A stretch of 64,000 nucleotides of DNA from Paraspadella gotoi (Eukaryota > Animalia > Chaetognatha): the NCBI GenBank assembly GCA_051294375.1, contig CM119270.1:15685845-15749844 (forward strand). Direction: 5' to 3'. The position numbers were made by a program, and so were the translations under genes. The stretch's first letter is position 1. Each line of letters opens with the position of its first letter. Shown piece by piece: positions 1-12,997 of this stretch. The notes beneath the pieces were generated by a model. That model worked only from the letters and a program-made list of their open reading frames with translations. It did not search any database and had not been told where the DNA came from.

Positions 1-1267
1 CCTTTTTGTCTTCCCGGAAATTTTTTCCTCCTTTCTTCTTTCCTTCCTCGCTTCTTCCTTCCTCCACTTTTTACTTTTTATTCCTTTCCTTCTTCCTTTC
101 CTTCCTTCTTTCCTTCCTTCCCTCCTCCCTCCACTTTTCACTCCTCTTCCTCTCCTTTCCTTCTTCCTCTCCTTCCTTCTTTCCTTCCACCCCTCCTCCC
201 TCCTCCCTCCACTCTTCACTCCTCTTCCTCTCCTTTCCTGAGGGGGGCGTGTCCCGACGCTCATCATCGTCTCCGTCGCCGTTTCGCTCCCATTTCCTCC
301 TCCTCCTCCTCCTCCTCCTCCTCTTCGTCCTCAGGTGAGGCGGGTGAGTTATGCAATATGCATGGGGATTAGATATAAATCCCGATCGGCGGAAGAACCT
401 ACGCATCCAGCGAAGTGGGAGGGAAAAGCGAAAGGAAGGAATGGAGAGGAGAAGGAAGGAGGGGGGAAAAAAGAAAAGAAAGGAAAGGAAAGGAGCGGGA
501 GAAATGAAAAAATAGAAAGGAAGGAAATTAAAGGTGAAAGAGAAGGCGGGTGGATAAAAATGAAGAGAGGAAAGGAAAGAGGATAAATAGAAATGAGGGA
601 AAGTAAAGGAGTAGAGGGAGGGAGGAAAAAAGATAAGGAAGGAAAATGAAAAAAGAAGAAAAAAAGAGAGAGAATAAAAGAAAAGGAAGGAATGGAGAGG
701 AGAAGGAAAGAAAATGGAGGATCGATAATAGGAAAGTTGGAAATGTAAAGGGGAGGAGGAGGTGGCTGGATAAAAAGAAAGGAAAGAATATACAGGAGAA
801 GGAAGGAGAAAAAAAAAAGAAATCGCTGCGACAGAAAATAATTGGGAATGGAAAGAAATTTGAAAGAAAAAAAAATCCAATAAAAAAGGAGTAAATAAAT
901 AACAAGCGAGAGCAAAAAAAGAAAATAGGAGAGAGAGATAAGAAAGAAAAGGTAAGGTACATTGACCGAACTTACCGTTGTCACCACGCTCGAGATCAGC
1001 CACCGAACCTTACCTTTTCAAATGATCTGAGTTTGTTCGAGGTTCTTTTTGTTTCCATTTTTTTTTGCCCCACCCCCTTTTCACATTTCTTACCTTTTTT
1101 TTTCCCTCAACCCAATTCTCATTTCTGGATGACTCCCTCTCTCTCTCTCGACTTAAATGTCTCGCGAACCCGAAAATTATATTCGCGCTGGAGAAAATCG
1201 CAGAGAGGGGCGACCGGGGAGGGCGAGGTAAGTAGAGAGAGATTGAGGACGAAGAGACGAGAGGCAG

Positions 1268-1298
<31 letters not shown>

Positions 1299-1519
1299 TC
1301 GAGGGGGACGAGAGAGAGGCAGAGAGACGACCGAAAAAGAGGGAACAAAAATTTAAAGAGAAAGAAGAGAAAGAAAGAAGGACAAGAAGGGGGAGAAAGA
1401 AAGGGCGAAATGAAAGACAAAGAAAGCAGAAAAGAAATGAAGGGAAAGGAAAGAAAGGAAAGAAAAAGAAAGAAAGAGACAGATGGGAGACGATGAGAAT
1501 GACCTCGGCTTGAGACTGA

Positions 1520-4500
1520 TCGAGAGAGATGAAAAAAGGGTAAAGAAGCTTCTTTTGACTCAGGACCAATTGGGAACAATGGGACGGTTCGTTTCTTTCC
1601 CCGACACCTGTAATTGCCTAGGTTTTAGCGCGCGTCGAACTCGGTTCGAGAGTGCTAAGGAACAAGAAAGGGCGGGGGGAGGACCATCTCCTCTCTCCTC
1701 CTATTCTTCTCTTACCCTCTCTCTCCCCCCGCTTTCCGTTGCATTCCCCACTTCTCTTTTCTTGCTGTCTCTCTGCCCCTCTCCTTTCAGGACTTCTCCT
1801 TCTCCCTCCCTCTTCTCTCTCCTCTCTCTCTCTCTCTCTCTCCTTCTCCTCTTCCTTCCTCTCTCTCCTCTCTGTCCTCCTCGTCCCGATTTGAGTCGTC
1901 GCTTCGTTCGCCCCAATGATTATGACATGACGAGAACGACCCGCCCGAGTACAGTGTGAACTCCGGAGTCTATGTTGAAACGGGGGAAATCTCCGAGCGG
2001 GGTGACGGAACGTAACTCTATTATTTAACATACGAGATTAATAAAGAAAAAAAAAAAAGAATATAAATACATCAAACAAGTAAGCGGAAAAAGACAATTA
2101 AAGGGAAGACGGAAGGACCAGAAAAAAGCACTGAGTTCCCCAGGAACCTTACTTTCTTGTACGGTGTGCATGATTTTTTTTTTTTTCTTACTGAAAAAAA
2201 ATAAAAATAAAGTTAAAATAAATTTCGTCGCAACAGTTTATCCTTTCACTGTTCTGTTTTGCCTGCTTAAGAGTTAATATTGTGGTTTTAATTGTGGATT
2301 AATTAAAGTTTACGTATTAATAATAGGCCACGCGTCGTGTGAGATGATAATTTGAAAAACAAGAATTCTTTAGGATTACGCGCAAACAATAGCCTTAAAC
2401 CATTTTTAAAGTATTTTTTGAAAAAAAGACAGTCAAGGATTAAATGACAACCCTATTACCTTTTCGTGCATTTTTACTTCTCTTTTGAAAACCTTTTCGA
2501 TTCAGTGCTACATACAATTTAAAATACTACTCGATTTGCGTATAAATTAGTCAGACGGTATTAAATACCAACCACACGCGATGTCCCGTAAGAGATAGAG
2601 TGTCCTTTTTCCTAGGGATTTTCAATTAATCTTATTATTTTTGCCATGCAGTTGTGTAACTCTTTCCAATGAGGTTCAGATTATTTCGTTCACACTTAAC
2701 AATTAATAGATTCGAATAGTACTTCACGTTGAGTGCTTATTGCCCATTGGGAATTAAAATTTAAATCAGGGACGCTGAATACTACATACAACTATATACC
2801 ACTCGTGAAAAAATGAGTCAGAACATCATCAGAGAGAAAAAAAAATTTTTTTAAAGTTTTGAGTGCCATAACTTAGCGTCATTAATGTATGATTATGATT
2901 TACATCAATAAAAATCGTGGATAGTACATTTTTTTAAATTTGTACACTATACTACATACTCAAAAGGCGTTTGTGAGATGTTATGTCAGTTCACGAATAT
3001 GAATAAAATCTGAACACTAGTTTCATGAGGCATACTAACGGGAAATATTTTAGATGTGTCATTTTTTTTTAATCAGTCATAAGACTTAGTCTATATTAGT
3101 GATATTATGCCGCTTTTACTATCTATATTTCAGCAGATGGGCCTTCGTTTACTGGTTCGTCACTGTCTTCCCTAGGCTCCTCATTTATACATTACAACAG
3201 TCATACCTTATCATAATGTAGTTGTTGTTCCACCTTTTGTCTTGTTCTCTACAATCTACAAAGAATAACGAATTCTCTTGGAGATAACCACTCATGTTCA
3301 AACAAGAGTTAACCTCAAAATTATATAATTACACAAGAGAAAATTAACAAATTATGTCCACTTGACGTAAATCATATCCTTTATAAGGAATAACATTTTT
3401 GCTCAGACACTGAGTAATCTGAGAAGGAACACCCACATTGATTTTTTTAACCATGAGAAATAAGACGAATGACGAAAACACTACTGGCGTGGGGTCAAAA
3501 AATCTTAAAATTAAAATAAGCATAAATTCTCATTTGCATAAAGTATTATGACTCCCTCCCCTATTAAATTATCACCCTGCACTACTAGAGGTAGAACAAA
3601 ATACGAAAGATACTTAATGTTTAATCGCGCGTAGACAACAAAAATCGCCTTTATTAATCTTTCATTATTAATATTGCAAACTCGAGGCAAATAAAAATAG
3701 ACTATGATAACATAAAGACTCTAACGGAAACAAACCCTTACGAGCTTGACAACAACGGCAAAGGAATAACCTTTTTTATGTGTTTTTTCTGTAGTTCTGG
3801 CGAAAAAAAAAAAATAATAAAAATGTATCTAAAATAAACTTTTTGTAATAAATAATAAACCGTCAGGAAGAATCATGTATCTTTTCTAAGGGAGATATTA
3901 CTCTGTGTTAAAAAAAGGTATTTTATTAGATATCTCTGATCATAGTATCATTTCGGTAGATAATCTCTAGAAAAAGAGTGAATTTAAGACAGGGATTCAA
4001 GCGTTTAAATATTTTTTATAAGATTTTTGTATATTTAGTATACAAATCCAAGCACAGAAGAAGAACTCCGTCACCCTATGTGTTACTTTGCCAGGCGGCC
4101 AATCGCGCGAACCGAATATGGCATTTTTATACCATGCTCAAAATAGAATAAAAAACCATATGTACCCTCTTCTCTGGATAAACTCCCAAGTAAAGAGAGG
4201 AAACATTATTGCCAATCTGAATGAGAGATGAGACAATCAAGAGAAATAGTCTCTTGAAGAATTATTTAAAAGGAGATAGACGGTAGAATATGTTTTATTT
4301 CAGATATTAAGAGACCAGTCTTTGAGAAGATTTGACGGATCCAATCGCGAGAGAGAATTTTACTATTAATCATTTAAGGAGAAATTAATTTTATGAAGAT
4401 CCGATTATTATAAAAGAAGAGAGATAAGGAGAGTGGAAGTGTGGAGTATAAAAAAGGGAGAGGTGTACAGTTACGATGCCCCTCTCGCAACGCGCCTGCC

Positions 4501-5206
4501 TTTTTTTCATCAATTATTACATAAATTTGTTGTCTTGTTCGGCCTATTCAGAATCGATTCCTGACCTCGTGCTGTGTGTGTGCTCGTGCTCAGCACTTCT
4601 CTTCTTTACGTCGCTCTTTATTGCTGCTTCAGATATCGTATTATCTTTGTCTTCTTCTTCTCTCTCTCTCTCTTCTCTACTCGATCTGCCTCTCGTATTA
4701 TCTTTATAAACTGGGCCATATTGGTTTTGTTAAGTTAGTCTCTCCATATTCTCCATTCCTCAATTCTCTCTCCTCCCCACATATAGCCCTGGGAACGAGC
4801 TTCGACAGGTTCTCTCTCTCTCTCTCTCTATGTTTATTCTCTTTCTTTCACTTTTTATCTCGTTTCTTCTTCACCCTGTGCCCGACGCTCTCTGCTAATG
4901 CTCATCTCNNNNNNNNNNNNNNNNNNNNNNNNNGAGAGAGAGAGAGAGAGAGAGAGAAAAGGTAAAGAGTTCTTTTGACTCAGGACTCAATTGGGAACAA
5001 TGTGAGGTCGTGTTCTTTCCCGACCACCTGTAATTGCCTGGTTTAGCGTCGAGGTGAGAGTAAGAACAAGAAAGGGGGGAGACCACTCTCTCTCTCTTAT
5101 CTCTTACCCTCTCTCTCCCCCGGATTTCCGGCATTCCCCACTTCTCTTTTTTTCTTGCTGTCTCCTTGCCCCTCTCTTTTCAGTCTTCTCTCTCCCTCTC
5201 TCTCTC

Positions 5207-5258
<52 letters not shown>

Positions 5259-6216
5259 ATTGTTCCCGATTGAGTCGTCGCCCAATGAATTATGACAGAG
5301 AGAACGACGCCCGAGTACAGTGAACTCCGGTTGAACGAAAATCTCGGGGACCTTAATAGTTAATTCTCCTCGGAGGCAGAAAGACGATTCAGCTTGACGG
5401 TGATTTTTTTCTTACTGAAAAAAAAAGTGAAGTGTAAGGTTAATTGGGTTAATTGGATTAATTAAGTTTACGTATTAAAATAGGGTGAATGAAAATTGAA
5501 AAAAGAATCTTTAGATTGCGCAAACAAGCAGTTTTTTTGAAAAAGAGGAAAAATGAAAAGTGTTACAAAATTTCATAATTTAGTAAGTTTAAATACAACC
5601 CCGATGTGTGAACTCTTCATTTCGTCACATTGTCGAAAATCAGTGACAACTTATCCGAGTCAAAAATCGTTTGATGATTATGATTTACATCAATAAAATC
5701 GAGTGCGCATCGCCTGGTCGACTGTCGACCTCATTATGTCAACCTTCAAATGTTGCCAACTTTTCTGTTTCTCAAAAGATCGAATTCTCTGAGAAGCTTT
5801 TTTCAAAAATAAACCAGAGATAAAATACCTGACGTAAAACTTTTAAGAAACTTTTAAGACACTTTTAAGACACCCACGGTAGAAACGGCGGTATGACCCC
5901 ATAAAATCCTGACAAAATCGAATTTCACGTAAGCAACAAAATCCCTATTTTTTCATAATGAAACTCGAGAATAAAAACGACAACAACGGAAACAACAACG
6001 ACAACAACGGCAAAGGACCTTTTTTTTTTCTTTTCTCGAAAAATAAAAAGAAAATAAGGTTTTAAACCGTCGGTAAGAATCGATCTTCGGTCTTCGGGTC
6101 GATGACTGGACGATTAAGCGTTAAACAAGCCGAAAAAATCTTCCCCGTCTTTGCCAGGCGCCAATCGCGCGACCGAAATCCCATAAACCTTGCCTCGGAA
6201 CGAAGGAGGAACTTTG

Positions 6217-6252
<36 letters not shown>

Positions 6253-8007
6253 NNNNNNNNNNNNNNNNNNNNNNNNNAGGAAGAGAGATGAGGAACGAAG
6301 AAGAAAAGAATAAAGAGCCCGAGAACGAGAAGGTGAGCACGCACCCCACCCACCACACCCACACACGAGGTCAGATGTAATCCTCGATTATGTAATAGCG
6401 AACCATAACTACCCACAAATCTAATGTACCATCATTTCGATGAAAGGCCACGGGCGGTTGCAAGAGGAGGGCCTCTCTCCACTTCCACGAACCACCCATC
6501 CATATCTTCCCCATACTACCCTCACTCATCATCCACAGCTCACAGGCCCTCCACCCCACCCTCCCCCCCCCGTCAACCTACTCAAACCAATATTAGTTTA
6601 ACAATGGCGTTAAAAGTTTAAATACTTCTTTCTCCGTCGTTCAGCAATTCAAACTCGGCATTTTGCTCTTTCTTGTCCTATCTTCTTTTCCTGCTCAAGC
6701 ATTTATTCAATAAGCTTTCAAGGCATACGTTCCAGATGAAGTCTTCTATAAGGAGCATAGCTTCAAAGGGCTTTTTCAACAAGGGGGTGTTTTTTTCGGA
6801 TGCGAAAATGTTCAGGAGCAGTCTGCTTCAACTCCATTAGGCATCTTTCAGATCAGGGGCAACTTTCAATAAGCAGTAAAGGTTCTCTCAATGGGTCCAT
6901 CTCTCTTTCAAAGCTTCCTAAAAAAAGCCATTTTCAAAGACCATTCTTCTTCTCTGAGGGCAAAGAAAGTTATCCATGCCGTCTTCTTACAGTGCATCGT
7001 TCCGTGAGCACTTACGTAAGTTATATGGGATTCCTAGGTCTCTGCAGGACTTCTCAAAAGCACAAATTACGACATTGAAGCGTAGAGGCAGTGAGGGAAA
7101 GACACCAAGAACGAGCAGAATTGGGCCACGTCCTGCGGTGGCAAAGACACGGGCGGCTGTTTTTCCAGTCTTTCATCGCTCAGGAACCGGTCCGAAGGTG
7201 GGATCAACGATTTCTTCGGAATCTTGTTTACCACGCTTAACATCGCCACGTCAATCCTACTGCACGAACCGTCAAGCACCGAAGACTTCGTTCTTACCCC
7301 GGGTTAGAACGATTTTATAAAACCATTATATTATTCCTTTATATTTACTTCGAAGCAAAAAGAAAAAAAAAAGATGGTCGCTTTGCACGTTGCTTGTCGG
7401 TTGTTTGTTCCCGATATTGTTTCCAGTCGAGAGTTTTCCAACGTTTTATTCTCTCTACGGGCTCAAGAGGGGATGGCCGAGTTTTCCAAGATTGTACATC
7501 GAACAACATGGGCATTGTTGTTTGCTTGTTTCGACACAAGATGAAACTTCTGACTTCTTGTCCAGTGCAAAGTGATGGTTTTATTGGGGTCTCATACAAA
7601 GACCAGCTCAATTTCAGCCTCGGGTCGCCAGCAACCCAAACTACCTCATAAATTATGTCGAAACCTACACGTTCTATTTCTATGACCTTCGAACACAGGT
7701 TTGTCGGGGTGTCTTGAAAAGTGTCTTAATAATAGCCTCTTCCCTTCATAAGGATAGAACTCAGTCTACCTTTCATCTTCTTATGAGTACACCGGCGCAT
7801 CGCTGTAGGATATTTTATTCTTCCGCACGCATGGTTTTACTTTTTTTAACGAAACCTAAACTAAGCGTTTCACTCAGACGAATTCACCTCGGCTTTACAA
7901 GAGACGTCTTTGAGAACCACACTTAGAAAAGTTGGCCCAGATTAGGGTCCAATACACATGTTGATTACGCCGACATTAGAGCACAGATAGGTATGCCGAA
8001 GCGAGAC

Positions 8008-8046
<39 letters not shown>

Positions 8047-8110
8047 GTTTATCTCTTTTCTTTCACTTTTTATCTCGTTTCTCCTTCACCTTGCCGCGCC
8101 TGAAGCCGCC
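1520..8110 (+). repeat. Noisy tandem duplication: 1520-4908 parallels 4934-8110
   Basis: 1540-1990 matches 4960-5340, 4090 matches 6150, and 4810-4880 matches 8020-8090. The two versions are separated by the 25-N gap at 4909-4933. Confidence 0.75.
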
Positions 8111-8585
8111 CCTGAAGCCGAGCCTTACCTCACTCGTTTTTTAACCACAATATAAATCTTATTCAATTACTTAAAATCGCAAAGTCATGTATTTGTATCA
8201 AACAGAGACTACTATAAAGTTTTTTTTTTAACTTTTCTATTTTAATTCCGTTTTCTCATTCCTCTCCCTAAATCAAAACAATCGTTTGAAATTTCCCTAC
8301 CTCCGCTCTACCTGCTGTCTGCCCACTCAAGCCCACCCAAGCCCACCCTTGGCTCCCACCTCCTCACTCACCCTCTGTCCCCCCACCACCATCCAAAATC
8401 CATCCGTCCATCTATCTTGGTTTGTTTTGCGCCTTAACTTCGCGAGCCACGCCCCCCTTAACTCGTACCACCTTTTGTATCTTTGAGGCCGAAAGACAAA
8501 TTATCGTCTTTTCTGCATAAGATAATTCGCGGACTTCTCATTCTCGCGGTCGGCGGGGGTTGAGGATTTAAAATATGTTTATTAA

Positions 8586-9053
8586 GGCGTAGTGAAAGTT
8601 ACATACGGAAATTCTAAACGTCAATTATGAACAACATACCATCAGTGAACATTAATTTATAAAAAAAAAAATTAATTTTATGTTTTTTAATTTTCGCAGT
8701 AGGCTATATTTATATATAGTACTATCCTTATAAAATCGAAAAATTTCAAAATAGGCTTTTCTTTTTTTGATTACTGATTTTAGGAGAAAAAACAATTTAT
8801 TTGTTTTTATCAACGAATTGTATTATTGGTAAGACATGTTTCGACTCTTGAGTTTTAGAGTCTTCATCAGTTATGACAATCAATATTTTACTCTTTAACA
8901 TTAGTTTAGAGAGAGAGAGGAGAGAATGAGAGAGAGAGAGAGACAGAAAAAGAGGGAGTTTCAACAAAGAATTAGCAAAAGGACAGTGGTCAGATATGAG
9001 GGACAGGTTGAAGGTAAGATCAGTGGGAAGAAGTTGGGGTGAAATTTGAAATA

Positions 9054-9092
<39 letters not shown>

Positions 9093-9963
9093 ACACAGGG
9101 TAAGAGAAAATCTTTACATTTTTTGGTAATGTATAACAATGATAGAGAATAAAATAACAAACTTAATAGTTAAACTAATAGTAACATTGAAAATAAATTA
9201 ATGAGTTAAAGAAGTTGAAATTGAAATAGAAGAATAAGTGATTGAGGGATAGGTAATAAAGAGTTAGTGAAATTAAGTTGAGAGAAAGAGCTCAAAATGA
9301 GCTGGCCCCCCCCCGGGTTGGCAAAGGTGGGACGTTTGCGATTAGGCTCGGGTCATTGGCTTGTCATGGCTGAGAAAGATTATGACTGTGGAGTGTGACA
9401 TTTCGGGACCTGGTAGTGATCTCCTGGGAAAATGCCTAACGCCACTCGAATATCTCTCTGGCTGATAGGCCTGCCGATGGCCCTCCTCTACCTGACGGTG
9501 AGGTGGGCGATTGCCTGTTCTTGCCTGCTTTGGTGCAGGAGATACAGACTCCTCTCCCTCCTCCTGTAGCCGTCGTTTTGGACGACGCCCAGTGTGAGAA
9601 GAGTCATGCCAGGTTGCTACAGGCTCGGAGAAGGTATCGGTCGTCCATTGCCTGTGGGAGGTCTCCGCCTGACCCGTTGAGTGGGGGCAGGGAATCACCG
9701 TGCAGTTGGGCGGCTCTGGGCGTTTCCACCACCAACTTGATAAGCGAAATCATAGCTTGGAGGAGATCGAAGCGTTCCTCCATCACGGTTCAGAGAGGGC
9801 TCGAGGGCTTTGATGTAGATAGCCTTCTCTAATACCTTCAAACTTCTTTTAACTTCATTAATTTATTTTACAATGTTACTATTAGTTTAACTATTAAGTT
9901 TGTTATTTATTTCTCTATCATTGTTATACATTACAAAAAATGTAAAGAATTTTCTCTTACCCT

Positions 9964-10004
<41 letters not shown>

Positions 10005-10104
10005 CAAATTTCACCCAACTTCTTCCCCTGATCTTACCTTCACCTGTCCTCATATCTGGACCACTTGTCTTTGCTCAAATTCTTTGTTGGAAACTCCCTC
10101 TTTT

Positions 10105-10143
<39 letters not shown>

Positions 10144-10734
10144 AACTAATGTTAAAGAGTAAAAATATTGATTGTCATAACTGATGAAGACTCTAAAACT
10201 CAAGAGTCGAAAAACATGTCTTACCAATAATACAATTCGTTGATAAAAACAAATAAATTGTTTTCTCCTTAAACTTCAAAACGCAACGAAATTGATAGTT
10301 TATACACAATGTCTGATTACTGATTTGAAAAGTATTTATAAAAGAAAATATAAATCATTTTTAAATTATTTTTTATTTAGTGGGTTAAAAATTAAAAAAA
10401 AACTATATTTAATATATAAAAAATTAATTTTCAGCTTATAACATAGCTTTTTCTCATTTTTGACCCACTTAATGAAGGAATTTTTTAAAAAGAGTTATAT
10501 TTCTTTATATCAACTTTTTATGACGAACCTAAATCTGCAAAAAAAAATCTTAGAAAAAACGGTTTTGAAATTTTAACATTTATTGGTTTAGTACTAGTAT
10601 AAATATGGCCTACTGCGTAAATTGTAAAATTCATTATAAATTTTTTTATTACATAAATGTTCATTAATCTAATGTTGTTCGTTCCTCACTTTTAGAATTT
10701 TAATTAAAGTTAAATTTAGAAATTTTACTACGCC
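8586..10734. mobile_element. Non-autonomous TIR DNA transposon, Kolobok-like (TTAA|GG...CC|TTAA), with a nested foldback segment
   Basis: ttaa-GGCGTAGT at 8582-8593 and ACTACGCC-ttaa at 10727-10738. Diverged ~170-bp terminal inverted repeats (8586-8750 vs 10560-10734). A TTAA target duplication with RR...YY ends is the Kolobok signature. Confidence 0.6.
8781..10273. repeat. Inner near-identical inverted repeat (~440-bp arms, 8781-9220 and 9840-10273) around a GC-richer spacer
   Basis: aacaatttatttgtttttatcaacgaattgtattattggtaagacatg (~8791) is the reverse complement of catgtcttaccaataatacaattcgttgataaaaacaaataaattg (~10215-10260). The match continues through the GA microsatellites. Confidence 0.85.
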
Positions 10735-11530
10735 TTAATGTTTATGGTCGGTCGGTCCTTCAAGATTTTCTTTTTAAAATTAAAAATTATGTATGCGTAA
10801 AGATAAAACTGTGTTGTTTTTCTTTCAAATACCAAACATTTCTTTTTGATTAGCTATTTTTGACAAAAGTAAATAAATATATCCGACTTTTTACAGTAAC
10901 TTATTTTTTTTTTAAATTTTTCTTCCGTATCTTTTCTACTTTTTCCATTGTATTGTATCTGACATCTCTCTCTATTTTAATTCAATTTTCTCCTTATTTT
11001 TCCTTCATGCTTCCTTACACGTCCTTCGGAGTTTTATCAAATCCTCATTAATATTTTCCCTCCTTTCCACATTACAAGTTCTCCTTCTGTTTTAAAGCCT
11101 CTCGTTTATTTTCCAGGTTTTTCTTCCTCTAATTTCTTTTCCAGGTTTTTCTTTTCCTCTTTCCTTTGTCCTCATTTCTCATTTTCTTTCCTCCTTATTT
11201 TTCTTACTTTTCCTCTTTTTCCAAATTTCTTTCCTCTTCTTTTTATCTTCTCGTTCTTCCTTCTTTCGGCAAAATTCGAGTCGAACTAAAATTTAATTAT
11301 CAAGTTATTTATCTATTCTTTTTTCCGTAATTATAAAAGAAGAAAAAGAAAATACTATTATCTACTAAGATCTTCGGCCGCTATTCTTGATCTAATTACC
11401 AGAGCCGTTTCGCCTATCAGTTAATGTAAAGAAATCGGGTTACGGGTCGATAAAGAAAAACCGTTCCGGCCAGTAAGATCGCTATCAGCCCGGGTCAGTG
11501 CGAGATAGTTTTTTTTTTTTTTTTTTTAAA

Positions 11531-11614
11531 CTACAGCAAGACTTCCTTGTAGATATTTTTTTTTTCTTCTCGATTCGCCGCCGACGGCGCTACGGGTCCC
11601 GAGGCACCTGCGAC
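11531..11614 (-). CDS. Candidate terminal exon of the copine-like gene (VAGASGPVAPSAANREEKKNIYKEVLL*)
   Basis: Acceptor tttgtctttcttaag, GC-rich island, open in phase 0 for 27 codons then TAG. No C2 similarity. Confidence 0.3.
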   Translation of the reverse strand, partial: VAGASGPVAPSAANREEKKNIYKEVLL

Positions 11615-12793
11615 CTTAAGAAAGACAAATGAACTTCGCTAGCGATTAGGGGTTTTGAAGAAGGGGGCGGAGCGGGTTCCATAGGGGGAGAGATCGGGTG
11701 GGGGGAGGGAAAGGTTGAGGAAGCGGGAATTGGGGAAAGGTAAGGTTGAAATTGGCGGGAAAGACGAGGAAATGAACAATCGAGTGAAATAGGAGAAGAA
11801 AGATAAAAAAAGAATGAAAATAAAAAAAGAATTGTTGAAATACGAAAAGAGAAGAAAAGAGAAGAGAAGAGAAGAGAAGAGAAGAGAAGAGAAGAGAAGA
11901 GAAGAGAAGAGAAGAGAAGAGGGAGGAGAGAAAAGAAGATAATAGAGTAGAAGAGATAAGAAAATAAAGACAGGATAATATTAAAAAAAAGAAGAAAAAG
12001 GAAAAAGGAAAAAAAGAAACGAAAAAGGAAAAAGAAGAAAATAAAATTAGAAGAAAAGAGAAGAAAAATAGAAAGGAAAGGAAGGAATCAATCTAACGAA
12101 GCCAAGAGGAGCGAAAGGAGGAAGCGACATCTCATTAATTGGGCGCAGCCACTGAGAGGACACGTTGACGGAAATGGAGCGGGATTGTGGAGCAACAGGA
12201 TTGTGGAGCAACAGGATTGTGGAGCAAGAGCCGAAGCAGGAGCGGAAATCGTAGCGGAAAACAGAATAGACTCAATAGGAGAAGCAGACGGAAAATAAAA
12301 GAAATCAGCTTGGGAGAAAAAACGGGGTTTTTTTTTGTTTTGTTTTTTTTTTTTTTTGTTCTTGAAAAAATCAATGAATTTTTTTTTCCTCTAATGAAGA
12401 AGAACTTCGTTTAATTGATGTTCGTTATCTGACGAAGATTTGCCGACGACGATAACGACGACGACGTCGAAGTGGACGATAACGACGACTGTGTCGACGA
12501 AGACCATATCTCCGACAACCATGTCGACGACGACGATAACGACGACCAGGTTGACGACGACTATATAAACGACAGTGTCAATGACAAGATAACGACAACT
12601 TTATTGATGACGACCGTGCCAACAACTATGACGACGATAACAAAGACGATGTCGACAACGACGATGTCGACGACGACGACGACGACTACGACGAGGACGA
12701 TAACTATGACGACGTCAACGAAGATGATCTTATCTTTCTAAACTGTAAGTAAACGAAGGTGTTTTTTCGCGCATCAATCGAAGTACGAATTCA

Positions 12794-12997
<204 letters not shown>

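Noticed and set aside
6-2031. Long F/S/L-rich and K/E/R-rich ORFs (also at 20630-21811, 43004-44454, 51745-52932, 55219-56003)
   Set aside because: They translate purine/pyrimidine-only simple repeats that lack stop codons, show no domain motifs, and several cross N gaps.
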